From: Selaginella moellendorffii
Lineage: Eukaryota > Plantae > Lycopodiophyta
Length of the DNA: 64,000 nucleotides
Direction of reading: 5' to 3'
Assembly (NCBI RefSeq): GCF_000143415.4
Contig: NW_003314424.1
Span: 99,194-163,193, forward strand
The translations under genes and the position numbers were made by a program. Below are positions 1-11,991 of the stretch, in pieces. The notes under the pieces were generated by a model, which was not told the DNA's origin, did no database searches, and saw only the letters and a program-made list of their open reading frames with translations. Positions within the stretch are counted from its first letter, which is position 1. Each line of letters opens with the position of its first letter.

Positions 1-810
1 AAGTAGAAGTGGTTGTGGTCATCTCTTATGGATCATGTTGATATCCAAACATAGAACAGAGTGGTTGGAGGGGGGGCACTGCTAGTGGATCTCACCATCA
101 ACCACTCTGTATAGGAGCCATCTGTTCCTCCACTCTTTTAGTGAACTGGTTTTTACTTGTTCTTTTAGGATGGTGTAATGAAAGTGCATAGTTGCAAGAG
201 TAAATTTCCACCACAAAGACACTATAGTATCCTCATTTGTTCATCAAAGTGATAGTGGTTATGTGCCTCCCAAAGTGCTTGCACTCTTGTTGCTCTCCAT
301 ACTGCTTAGTCCTCATAGCCAAACCGACATACCAAATTCAGCTCCTATTACATCCCACCAGATTCGCATTCCACCATGTTGTCCTTGACACCACATATGT
401 CTCCAAGCCAGACTTGTGGTTGGACCTCTTGCTCCTTTGAACCATTGAGCCACATTACAATCCCAAAGTATGTGTCACATTGTTTCTATCTCTCCACACT
501 CTTTGCATTGCTAGCATACTTCATTCTGAAAAGGCTGTCCTATTGGCAGCCTATTGTTTGCCACTAACTAAGAGGTAACCATAACCTTCTTTTGCATTGG
601 TAATTTTTAGAAGGTGAGCATATTTTCCACCACTTGACTTGCTTCAACTCCTTGCTCAATTCACCTCCCCCATAACTTTGGGATCCCCCACGGACCTCCT
701 CCTTACTTGTTAGGAGACTATCTCACACGTCTTTAACCTCAAACGTGAAAAAGCTCCTTGCTCTTTGTTTCCATACTGTAGGATCCCAGTCTGATGAGAA
801 CTAGTAATAA
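1..810 (-). mobile_element. Decayed 3' part of L1-type LINE (same family as 26.5-35.2 kb)
   Basis: Colinear similarity to 26836-27790 and 43940-44210 (e.g. AAGTAGAAGTGG..GGATCATGTTGATATCC; TGCCTCCCAAAGTGCTTGCACTCTTGTT). Confidence 0.7.
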
Positions 811-2829
811 TAGCCACTTTACCAAAGAATAATGTCTGATTTCATTATGTAGGCAAGGTCTAAATGGCAAAATCATATGGTTAGTTTGAAGGATATATAT
901 CCTTTTTTTGTAAACACAGTCAACATATATTCCCCCTCAAGTAAGATATTGGGATTTTGATTGCTATCAATGCTTATTTGTGCTGGTATAGGATGAAAAG
1001 AGCTTTGATGAATGGAAGCAGCAACTTGAGTACGACAAGACAATATACACATCTAGATAACTACACTAGAAAGGTTCTGCTTTGGATCCATGACAATAGA
1101 AGCCTATAGAACCAGAAACTTTGTCATTTCAAGAGAAAAGTAATAGTTAAATTAATAATACAAGACTACAGCAAAGTCTTGCTATTGCAGGTGAGAATCT
1201 TTTTTTAATAAACCTTTAGAGAAAATGGCCCTAGATGAATTTTGTAGCACTTCTAGGGACATAGTCACTGATAAGATGCTCCATTTGCCAGCTCTGGAGA
1301 GTGGCCTTGTCTCTAACAATGTCGCCAGCAGCTTGGTGATGCTCAAGAAGTGTTTGGGATGAGATCTTCACTATGAACCTCTTTGACTGCAAAGCTGGGA
1401 ATGAGAACAGCCATCTCCAATGTTGTCTTCGACAATGGACTAGTCACATAGCAGATACAGTAGCTATAAAATGGACCCATTTGAGACTTGAGCTCCTTAC
1501 TAGCAGTGTTAGGCACCAGCTTTGACCACGTTGTCAACATGGGTCAAAGGGAAACTAAAGGGTATATTAAGGCATGTTAGCGTAAAGAACTTAACCTAGG
1601 GCTCACAGTGGGAGTGGTAGCATAATGGAGCTTTTGAGGTAGTTTGGGGGTGGTTTGGTGGTGAAGAACCTCAAGAAGTGGCATAGTGTAGTCTAAGGAG
1701 ACTAGATCTTTGTATTTTTGCACCGGATTATAACATCTTTGTCTTTTTGCGCTGGATCATAACAAACAATGTTGAGCCCTCATTTTGATGTAGATCAGAT
1801 ACCCAACTATCAACCTCCTGGCAAATGGCAAACTTCCCCAGTGATGAGTACCTTGTGAGAACAGATTAATGATCCCTTCATTAAAGAAAATAAAAAGGCT
1901 AAAGTGGTCAATGATATAGAAAAGGGATGGACATGCAGACTGCAATGTTTCTGGCCCAACTTGGCTATGGGGAAGAATGTCTAAAGGGGATTTTAATGTT
2001 GAAGGATGAGTTCAATAAGTGAGTGTCGATGCCAAGTCAAAAGATGATTTGGGCTTGCTTCTTTGCCTAGGGAGAGAGGGTAATGTCATGGCTGTACTCT
2101 GTTCTTCAATTATGAAGGTCACTCCAACTATGAGCTAGTTTGGTCATGGGATAACATTAGCATGCACTACAGAGTGTCAAAATGATGTTGAAAGTTTGTT
2201 TGTTGAGGTTGCAAGAGGGAGTGCCATGCAAGTATTCATGGGAGATTTTGAAGCTGTCTGCAAAAGGTAGCTAGAGAATGAGAGTTGAAGATGCTCCAGC
2301 AAGAACCAATTGATGCATTGGTTTCATGGAGCAAAGTGTTTGAGAGAGAAGCTGCAAGGAATGCTGTTTCAAATTTTGAACATTGTCTCAAGGCTTGTGT
2401 AGTGTTTGAGACTTTGGTGATGATGTTCCCAAGTCATTTGCTACTTATGAAGGCTAGCCTTCCATTTGTTGATCAAGCTATTGAGCATTTCAAACAAGAG
2501 CTAATCCAAATGAAGGTATTAATAGATCATTCCCAGGGGTTATGAAGATGTTTTCTAGAAGAAACTAATAAAACTATATGTGAAAATTGGACTAATTATT
2601 GTTCTTCAATGAGGTTTGAACCATACCTCTTCCTAAGCCATTTTATTCTTCAAAGAAAGGTAGTTTTAATTAACCTTTCAAAAGAAATGCTAAAATTTTG
2701 AGTAACCTTTCAATTTTGTGGTAGAATTTTTAATGGTAATATAAATGTTTTAGATTTATATTAATTAATATTTAATTAATTAATTTTGTGAGTGCTTAAG
2801 GGAATATAGAAAATGTGCATATCAATTAA

Positions 2830-3566
2830 CCCAAAACCCTAGCTTATATACAGGAGCAAGTGGTCCAGATTGAAACCAATCCGACGGCTACCAAATCCTA
2901 CTACGCTAAGATTAGTATACGGCATCGTAGCCGTACACTTGGCCCTCACATCATCCCCTCCTCTCGGAATAATGGAAGACCATCAAGGTTCTTTTGTAGA
3001 CGAGCCAGGATCTAGAAGAACGTCAGGAGGAGGCATCGGCGGATCTGTAGGTGGTATTAACTACTCCTGATCCCTTTGTATGAAGCATTTCAACCCCTGC
3101 ACATGCACAATCTCTAGAGGATCGGCTTGCTGGACGTTATGCCGAACCTCATAAACTTGTGGTCCAACTTGCCACAACACCCAATACGGTCCTTTCCACT
3201 ATGCAAGGAGCCCCTTAGATAAACCATATACCATAAGATGTGGAAAACGGACTAACACCAAATCATCCACTTTGTACTCTGCAGGTGGACGGTGATGGGA
3301 ATTGTACCGCTGTTGTTGTCCTACTTGTACACGGCCTAAGTGTTTGGCACACTCCGCTCGGACAAGTGGAAGAATGCTCATCAAATACTGATCCCATAAC
3401 CTAGCATCCATAGTTCGTGGCAATCGCGAAGGTAAACCTAGCTCCATTGGTAATATTGGATAATGACCATATAGGAGTTTATATGATGAAGCACCAACAG
3501 AACTCTACACCACTATGACATATGCATATTGAAGAGACGACAAATAACCATCCCAATCTCGGAGGG
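2830..3566 (-). mobile_element. Ty3/Gypsy integrase C-terminal part, polypurine tract and start of 3' LTR
   Basis: Minus frame LRDWDGYLSSLQYAY..SSVGASSYKLLYG..YKVDDLVLVR..WKGPY; purine tract GAGAGGAGGGGA followed by TGATGTGAGG near 2950-2966. Confidence 0.75.
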
Positions 3567-5225
3567 GACGTGGGAAGAGCACGTTCGTGATGTTTGTAAA
3601 GTGTTGGATCAGCTATGCGACATTGGTTTAAAGCTGAAGTGGTTGGGTCCAAGGATACAACTTATCTTGGGTACCGTATTTTTTATGAGGGTTTGCAAGT
3701 TGATCTTGACAAATTTGTGGCTCTTCTAAAGTTTCCTACTCTGAAGTGTGTGAATGATGTGCAACATTTCTTGGGCAAGGTGCAGTATCTCGATTATTTT
3801 GTGGATCATCTTTCTGATCGCACTGCACCATTGCAAACATTACTAAAGTCATCAACATCATCTTTCATCTGGTCTCTGGATTGTGAGCGGGCGTTCAGGG
3901 ATCTCAAAGAGCTATTGACAACTCCTCCAGTTTTGGCATATCCTGATTACACTCGACCTTTTATTTTGCACGTGGATGCTTCTAACATTGGTCTTGGAGG
4001 TGTGTTGATGCAAGAGAGCTCGAGTGTGCTTGGTTAGCACCATCCCATTGCGTATGTAAGCCGTACATTACAACCAGCGGAAATGAACTACTCTACAACA
4101 GAGAGTGTTTAGCAGCAGTTTGGGGTTTCGAGAAACTTCATGCATATCTACATGGTTCTTGGACGTTACTTGAAGGTGATCATGCTGCTGTTACTTCGTT
4201 ATTGAAGCGAAAGAACTTAGTTGATCATACTGCTCAATGGGCTTTAAAGCTTCAGATATATGATTTTGATGTTGTTCATCGCTCAGGGAGTTTTATGGCT
4301 GATGCTGATGCCCTTTCTCAAGCTCCTCTTCCTTCTCCATTCTCTTCTCATGTTTCTGATGAGCCTGTTGTTCCAGCCTCTGTGGATTTTTTAAACGAGG
4401 ATTTTGTGCCGTCAGCGGTTGCTGTCCTTGATGTTCAGTGTCCACAAGGCGCCGAGCAAGATCTACTTTCTCTTGATGAGGTTTGAGAGGCTCAAAAGAT
4501 TGAGCTGTGGATTCGAAGGCTTCGAGATGGGTTTGAGAATCCTGCATCACTGGCTGATGACTTGCATTTTCGGCATTTATATTCTCAATATCGCCTTGAA
4601 GACGGCCTTCTTTATTTTGTGGGGATGGATCCTGATGATCATTTACCTTATGGTGCTTTCTATCTTTATTCCGCGGTTTTTCCATGCCTACCATGATTCT
4701 CCTGTTCTAGGTGGGCATATGGGACATCGTCGTGTAACCAAGAAGCTGCGCAAGTCTTTTTATTGGCCGGAGATGCGATGTGATATTATCCAGTATGTGC
4801 GTAGCTTGGTGCCAAGCTCGTAATACTCCCCCTCGGGCTGTGGAAGGATGGTTGGAGTCAATTGTAGTTTCCCATCCATTTGAGTTGGTGGTATTTGATC
4901 TTATGGGACCTTTTCCACGATCAACTGTTGGCAATGAGTATGTTATTATTGCCTCTGACTACTTGACTCGTTGGGTGGAAGTTGGTGCTCTTGCTAGCGC
5001 CTTTGCAACTGCTATTGGATACTTCCTCCTCAATCAAGTGGTGTTCCAGTATTCTTGTCCAGAGTAGATTCTTTTGAATAATGGTCCCGCATTTATGGCT
5101 GAGGCATTTCATGTTTTGACATCTCGGTTGGGAATACGCCACACTTTCACGAGGGCTTATCATCCACAATCAAACAGTCTAGTGGAACGGCTCGTTCGGA
5201 CATTCAAGGGGATGATTGTGATGTG
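3567..5225 (+). mobile_element. Ty3/Gypsy pol fragment (RT C-term, RNase H, integrase core), frameshifted
   Basis: TWEEHVRD, FILHVDASNIGLGGVL, ADALS, HDSPVLGGHMG, FDLMGPFP, DYLTRWVE, AYHPQSN motifs. Confidence 0.9.
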
Positions 5226-5229
5226 AACT

Positions 5230-8200
5230 TTCAGCATTTGTCTAGCAAGATGATGCAGCCACAGCAGCAGTAGTACTACAAGGTTAAGGCTAGTTGCGCC
5301 TTAACTCATAAGACTGTGAGTCAGTCGAGAGAGCCAGCAATTCGAAGCTTTATGGAGAAGCTTACTCAACATATCAAGGGAGGAGGCAAGTAGCCAATTA
5401 ACGAGCCAATGTAGTTGGTAGAAGACAAAGAAACAAAATACTACACATAGGTCTTGAGCTACCTCAAGACAATCACTAAGAAAGTGGATGGAGTCATGGG
5501 CGAGCAGAATCATCAACACCACATAATCCAAGGACTCAAGTGTGCAATCTTGGCTTCCATAAATGCAGAGTGTATCAATTGCTAGGACTAGTGTATCGCA
5601 ATGCTCAACCAGGAAAATCAAATGATGTATCAAGAACTCAACAATCTACGCCAAAGCGTTAAGCTTATCACTGTGAAGACCAAGCTCAACAATCTGGAGC
5701 AGGATTTGGAGAATCCAACTGCTTGAGGATAAACAATAGCTTTATCATGGAGGAGTGATGAAGAGGTAAATGTTTTATCTTTTAGCACTTAGACATGCTA
5801 AAAAAAGAACCACCACTCGCTATTATATGCATGTGCATTGAATTAACTATCTTTTCTCCCGCTTATGACTATTTATACAAAATAAAGTTAAGAGAGTAAT
5901 ATATACTTATCTTTACTCACACATTTGGGGTTCAAGGCTGATTTCTATTCTCTTTTTATTCTTCTTCTCTTCTCTTTTTCTCTATATTTTTTTTTCTATT
6001 TGTTTGTCATTATTTTGCAAGTAGGCATTAATCATCCCATCAACAAAGAGATGCATAATCTCTATCAAAGAAATAATCCACCATTTTGAAGAACAACAAA
6101 TCATTCTATATCAACAATAATCAAGCAAAACTTTTGATAAGGATAATCACCTATCCTAAATGATAATCAATCATCACCAATGATTACTAAATGCAAATAC
6201 TAACTTCAACATTAAAGCTAATGAGCCAAAATACTTCCCCAACAACTCCTAACAAATGGAACAATGAGCATAAAACTCAAAGAATCAAAAGCTTGAAAAT
6301 ATCTATAGCTAAGTCTCACCTAATAATGATCATAAGTCTTACATGAAGTAATGTTAATATTAAAGAAAAAATTATAGTACAATCCATAATATCTTCTTTT
6401 AACACATCCAAAAGCTAAACTTTATAATGCAAATGGTAATGAAGAGTATGTTAAGCAAAATGAAGTTATACTTAACAAGTGATCATCAAACAATCCTCCA
6501 TGAATCCATCTTCTATAATAAAATGTAACTCACTTTATAACAAGCACAAAAAAATTCATCAATGATTGATATATCCTCAACTCAAATCTAACAAGGAACC
6601 AATGACTTCAATATCAATCACTAACTCTTTCTCTCTTAAAGTTAACATAGTCCAATGTGTTGAATCTCAGAATGAAATATAAAAATTATTGGATGAGACT
6701 CACATTGGACAAGCCGGTTGAGACATTATAGAAGAAATCACAACTAAGAAAATCTTGCAAGTTGGCTTATAGTGGCCCATATTATGGAAAGGTTGTGTTC
6801 AATTTTGTTGTGAATGTGACACATGCCAAAGATTCAATTCCACTAAAGAAACAAAGCCAATAACTCACTCCAACAATGGCATTAGATAGGGATTGGATTT
6901 TGTAAGTCCCCTCACAACGAAAACACATATGTTTTGGTACTAATAGATTACATGACCTAGTGGGTAGAAGCCCAATTAATGAAGAAAGCAATTGCTAAAA
7001 ACACTACAAAGTATTTTAAAGGTAGATTTCTCTACCACCCATTAATGATTGCCCTTCCATATTATTGCTACTAGGGTTTAGTGTGGGGACTAGGTTAAGT
7101 AAGAGCCTAGCCACTAGGATATACTCTTCAACACAGCAAGTGCAACCTACTAAGGTATGTTCAACTTGCATTCACATTTTAACCTAGCTAATATTTTGTG
7201 TTATAGAGCATTGATAGAAGTAGTGATAATAAGAGCTTTGAGTAAAGCTTCCCATAAATTCACCTTAGTGAAGGATTGGGAACTAGTAGATGTTGTGGAG
7301 TGGCTGGTCTCTCTTTTTGGTGGGCATGCCAAGCTAATCAAGTTTGCAAAATGACATCTACAAAGTATTAGTCTTCAAGATGATGGGGATGGAGTGCTTG
7401 GCAAAGGGCATTATTGAATCTTTCTTAAGAACCATAAATAACTCTTTCATAGCAGCTAGTTGTTCTATATTTTTTCTACTTAAAAACCTTTAAAAGAATG
7501 CCAAAATCTTCCTCACCAAGATTATCAAAGCCAATGAGAAGTTTATTGATGCCTTGCACTCCCCCAAACTTTAGACAAAATCTTTCTTTGCTAGACAAGT
7601 GACTCGTGGCATCTAAAATGTAGCCCAGTGTTATTCCAGTAGAGTTATTTAATCTAAAAGCCAAGCACGATTAAGCTATACTCAATAAGTGATTAATAAA
7701 CTAATTCCTCTATGAATCCATCTTCTATGTCAAAACATAACTAACTTCATAACAAATGCAATAAGAATCATCAATGATCAATATAATCCCCTCAAATGCA
7801 ATAAGAATCTTACAACTCCAATTGATTATTAACTCTTCCTTATATAAAGTAAGAATAGTTTATGACTAAATCACTTTTCAAGGAAAAACCAAAACTCAAA
7901 CCCCTACTAAGCAATCTTGTCTAGAATATGGATAACCCAACTTACCATTTAGCTTGTATAAATGCCAATATAGTTGCTAACTAGGAAAATGTATGAATGT
8001 TGACATCATAAAGGTAAAGCCAAACAATTAATACCATCTTTATTGAAACTAAAAAAACAAAATATCACTTTCTAATGACCCCCAATCACTATCCATTTCA
8101 TAGTATACTACTTATAAGACCACCATAACCATCAAGGTACGGCTCCTAATGGTATAATATAAATATGAGCAATGAGATTATACCTCATTATAAATCATCT

Positions 8201-9700
8201 TTTTAAGGAAGAGAAGGTGATTTATGTGTTTAATCCTCCATCCCTAATGACTCTCTTTTTTGTTTCAACTTTAATTAAACCTCAAATTTGCATTTGCACT
8301 ACCTTCAGACCAATCTAAGAGAAATTTATGAGTGTGATAATGATTATCTGAACCAATAGACTAATCCTAATATCTTAATTGATCATGCCTAAGAAGAATC
8401 CACTAGTGTTATACTAAATAATTACAGACTAGCCTATTCATCACTCCTAAGGGAATGCTTACTTTTACCTATCGTAACATACATAGTGACCATTAGTAGG
8501 TTAATATTGATTCTTCTAACTCAAAGTATGACCTTAAGTTGCTAATATACTTAATTCACAAGCCTAAATATAATGAGTGAGTGTTTAATGAGTGTAAACA
8601 AAAGCTTATACAACATAGTATAAAATGGTACTCTACCCAAGAGAAGTATGCAAAGCCATAGCAACCAAATATGTATCCACTTAAATCATCATTTTTATCT
8701 CTGCATACACAACAAGATTAATTACCCTATCTCATTATATAGTACTTATTAAAACTCATCCTCTAATACTAAATATACCACATCACTCTATACCTTACAA
8801 TGATTACTATATGATAACTACATAGAGGAATTTAACACTTGGACATATGAGCCAAAGATGTTAAAAGGGGACTTGAGTTTTAGGGCCTTAGACCATTGAA
8901 CAAAGGGACGGAACCAAAATCCCTAACATATACCTAGGAGTGAAGGAATTGGAGCATAAAACAACTCTCGAACATACAACCAAGGAGTGAAAGGACAGAA
9001 GTATAGAGTAATATTGAAATAGTCTTATAGCATCTAGCATCTCAATACCAAGATTAGTATACAAAACATAGCTAAACAAAGTTTGGCACTATTTTAACAT
9101 ACTGGTGGTTTAATATGAGGATATAAATACTCCACCAACTAACATACATAGAACAAAGACAAACACACTTAGTAAAGAATGAAATAATGTCATGCACCTC
9201 TAATATGGGTTTAGGGTAAACAACCCTAAACCTTATCCCTTAACCCCCAACACTTTGGGCTAAAGTTAAGTCTTTAGTCTTTTTGAATAATCTCAAAAAC
9301 TTACTAAAATAGAATGGTGATAAATTGCAAATCTAAATATAAGAACACCACTGTTTACATTCCATAGATATGCTCAATTGGTAGATCTAGGCACTTTCTA
9401 TCAAAACCAACAAGCAGACATAGTAAACTATCATTTAGCAAATATTAAAGTATTAAGGTTAATATCACGAGGGTTCTTAATACTAGTAAATGCAAACTAA
9501 TATATGAGTTTCTCATTCCGAGCTAAGCATACTCGACAAAAAATATATAGAAGTTTCTACCTTATATTTCTCCAATCCAAGTGCACATTTGATGATTAAT
9601 TTCTCAATTAGCTTGGGCAAATATTGATAAAAGGACCTAACAATACCAATCACCTACCATTATGGTAGTAAAAGAAGAATATCCAAAATAACTCATTGAT
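5230..9700. mobile_element. Heavily decayed AT-rich retroelement debris (integrase-like remnant near 6700-7010; about 190 bp duplicated at 6480-6650 and 7690-7860)
   Basis: CpG-poor, no long ORF; remnant motifs KKILQVGL*WP and DYMT*WVEA; local duplication visible. Confidence 0.45.
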
Positions 9701-9899
9701 AGGTAATTTTTTATACTTGTAATCACATTTATGACAGTTAGCAAGTGGTCATTATCAAAATAAAAAATTTAAAAATCAACTAAAGAGAGAGATAGAGGAG
9801 TTACAGTACTTGCAATTCATCCATACACACAATAGATAGCAATTTTCTCTCATTCATTCACCAAAGTTGGAGAGAATTAAATTGGATTAGACTCTCCTC

Positions 9900-11547
9900 C
9901 CTATGGCTTTGCTACATGGAAGCAAAGCCTGATAAACCTTTGGGAACCATAGTTGAAAATATCAAGCAGCACAATGGCTTTAAAATCCAGGCAATAGAAC
10001 TTCCAAAAAACATTCCAAATGAGAGAGAGGCTTGTAAGGCCTGATAAGAGTAGCCACTTTTAACCTTAAAATTTGCAGGTTAGAGAGCAGCATGAGGCCA
10101 GCAGCTTTTGCACACAAACTGTTTGTGTAAGGCTCTCATAACACAAAGCCTTCTAGATTGTCAGGCCCCTCAAAGTCTTAAGTTTGGTCATCTTTGTGCT
10201 TACTCGGTTATGAAAGACCTCTCTTTCCAATTCAAAATACATATTGATGTCTTCTCTTGAGTTCACTGTAAAGCTCCAGGTGTTGTATTGGACTGTAGAA
10301 GTTCCAAAAGATGGAAACCAGATTTGCAAAGAGTTGATTGTGTGCAATTACAAACTCCACTCTTGATGATAAGCATACACTTCCTTAGGAGACATAACAG
10401 AGCTTGCATCTTCCACCAGCTCAGAGGTGGTCAGCTCTCTCATCAAGTCCATATAAAGCTAAGTGACTTGAAATGTAGTTGTGCTCTATAATTTGTATCC
10501 ACTTATCTAATGTCTAAATACAATATATTTAGTAGAAACCTTATATTAAATCTTTAGAACAAAATAGGCTCTAGATGAACGTGAATTTCACAGTTCTTTT
10601 TGTGGAGAGACCAGAAACACTTTGTCCCCAACTTGGTTATGTGAGTCATTGGTTATTTTGTTTGTACCTGAGATTGCTGCTGAGTGTGTTGTCTCATGAG
10701 GAAGTATGCATGCTGACAGACTCAAGCCCAGTGTCAATGAATGCTTTAATGGCACTAGTCTTCTTTTCCAAGTGGACGATGGAATTCATGACATCAATGT
10801 AGTCAACTGTTGTAAATCTGAGAAACTTGTAGCTTTTGTGCAGGATTTGCCACGTTTGTATGATGGAACATGCTACTTACATTTCAAATCTCAAAGTGGC
10901 AGTGGAGGAGGGCTGCAAGTTGGAGGATGGTTGTGGACCATAGTCTGCAAAACATAGAAAAGAAAACCCATCACTACAAACAAACGAATAAAGAAAAAAA
11001 AAGCGAGCAGAAAAAAACATACGTGATCAGCAAAGCTCTTTGAGATCAATTAGGTCCTATACCGTCGATATACACATGCGCCTGGGATCCTTGAGGAGCT
11101 GTTCCACATACAGGCTCTGGCTAAAGATAACGATTCTAATATATTCTCTGCAGGTTATAGTTAAAAATTGCACCTAAGAGAAGGAAAAAGCTTGTCAAGC
11201 GAAGGAATAAAGGTCATAAGCTTACCTCCAGCTCCCGTTAATCCAGTTGAGCCATGGGGCCTCAGCACGGCGCATGCCCACCATCAGATGTTCATACTCA
11301 TGACTGAAGAACCGCTCCCAAAGTTTCCTTGGAGTCCAGTGCTGCACTTGCTGGCCAATCAGGATGTGCAGCCAACTCGAGTACAACTTGAGCACTCCCA
11401 CTGAGATGGCTGCAGAGCCACTTTCAAAGCTCAGCATCCCCCATGCCTGTTCAAGGCATCAGACTTGAAACACGAAGCTCTGCTAACTTAAAAGCTTACC
11501 TTTAGTACAGTAGTAAAACCGGCCAATAGGGTACAAGCCATCCGGAA
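9900..11547 (-). pseudogene. 3' exons of an unknown multi-exon gene split by the DNA transposon
   Basis: GTAAGC donors near 11225 and 11498; exon encoding ..LKLYSSWLHILIGQQVQHWTPRKLWERFF..; appears to join the exon at 23905-24100 across the TTAA site. Left limit approximate. Confidence 0.45.
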
Positions 11548-11551
11548 TTAA

Positions 11552-11573
11552 GCTCTATTTCGTTAAAGTGGGA
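11552..11573 (+). repeat. Left terminal inverted repeat
   Basis: GCTCTATTTCGTTAAAGTGGGA, exact reverse complement of 23879-23900. Confidence 0.95.
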
Positions 11574-11991
11574 ATTGTCATTATCCCACTTGTAAAATAA
11601 GGTTTCCAAACCTTTATATAGTATATAAATATAACAAAATTCAACTGCATTGAGGCACATGCCATTTTATTTTAAACAAGGAAATGTCTACTCAATCACT
11701 TCTCCTCCCCCTGCCACTGCTTCACCTCTCTCTTCTCCTTGTCATCGTCGTCCAATTTCTTTCCATCCTTTTAATATTAGCTCAGTTGCTCCAAGTCTAG
11801 GTGGAGCCCAAGTCCCCATTCAATCTTTACTTTCCCCTTATTAATAAAACAACTTTGTAGACTTCCAATAACATGCTGTAACACTTCTAGTATAATGCAA
11901 ATCCTCTCAAAGAATTGTCTTTTAATATTAATACAATGGCATGGAACCCCATGCCATAATAAGTTACATTTTTAAATAAATACATGCCATC

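Noticed and set aside
1190-2560. Possible gene in short ORFs
   Set aside because: Many stops and no recognisable motif; cannot be assigned
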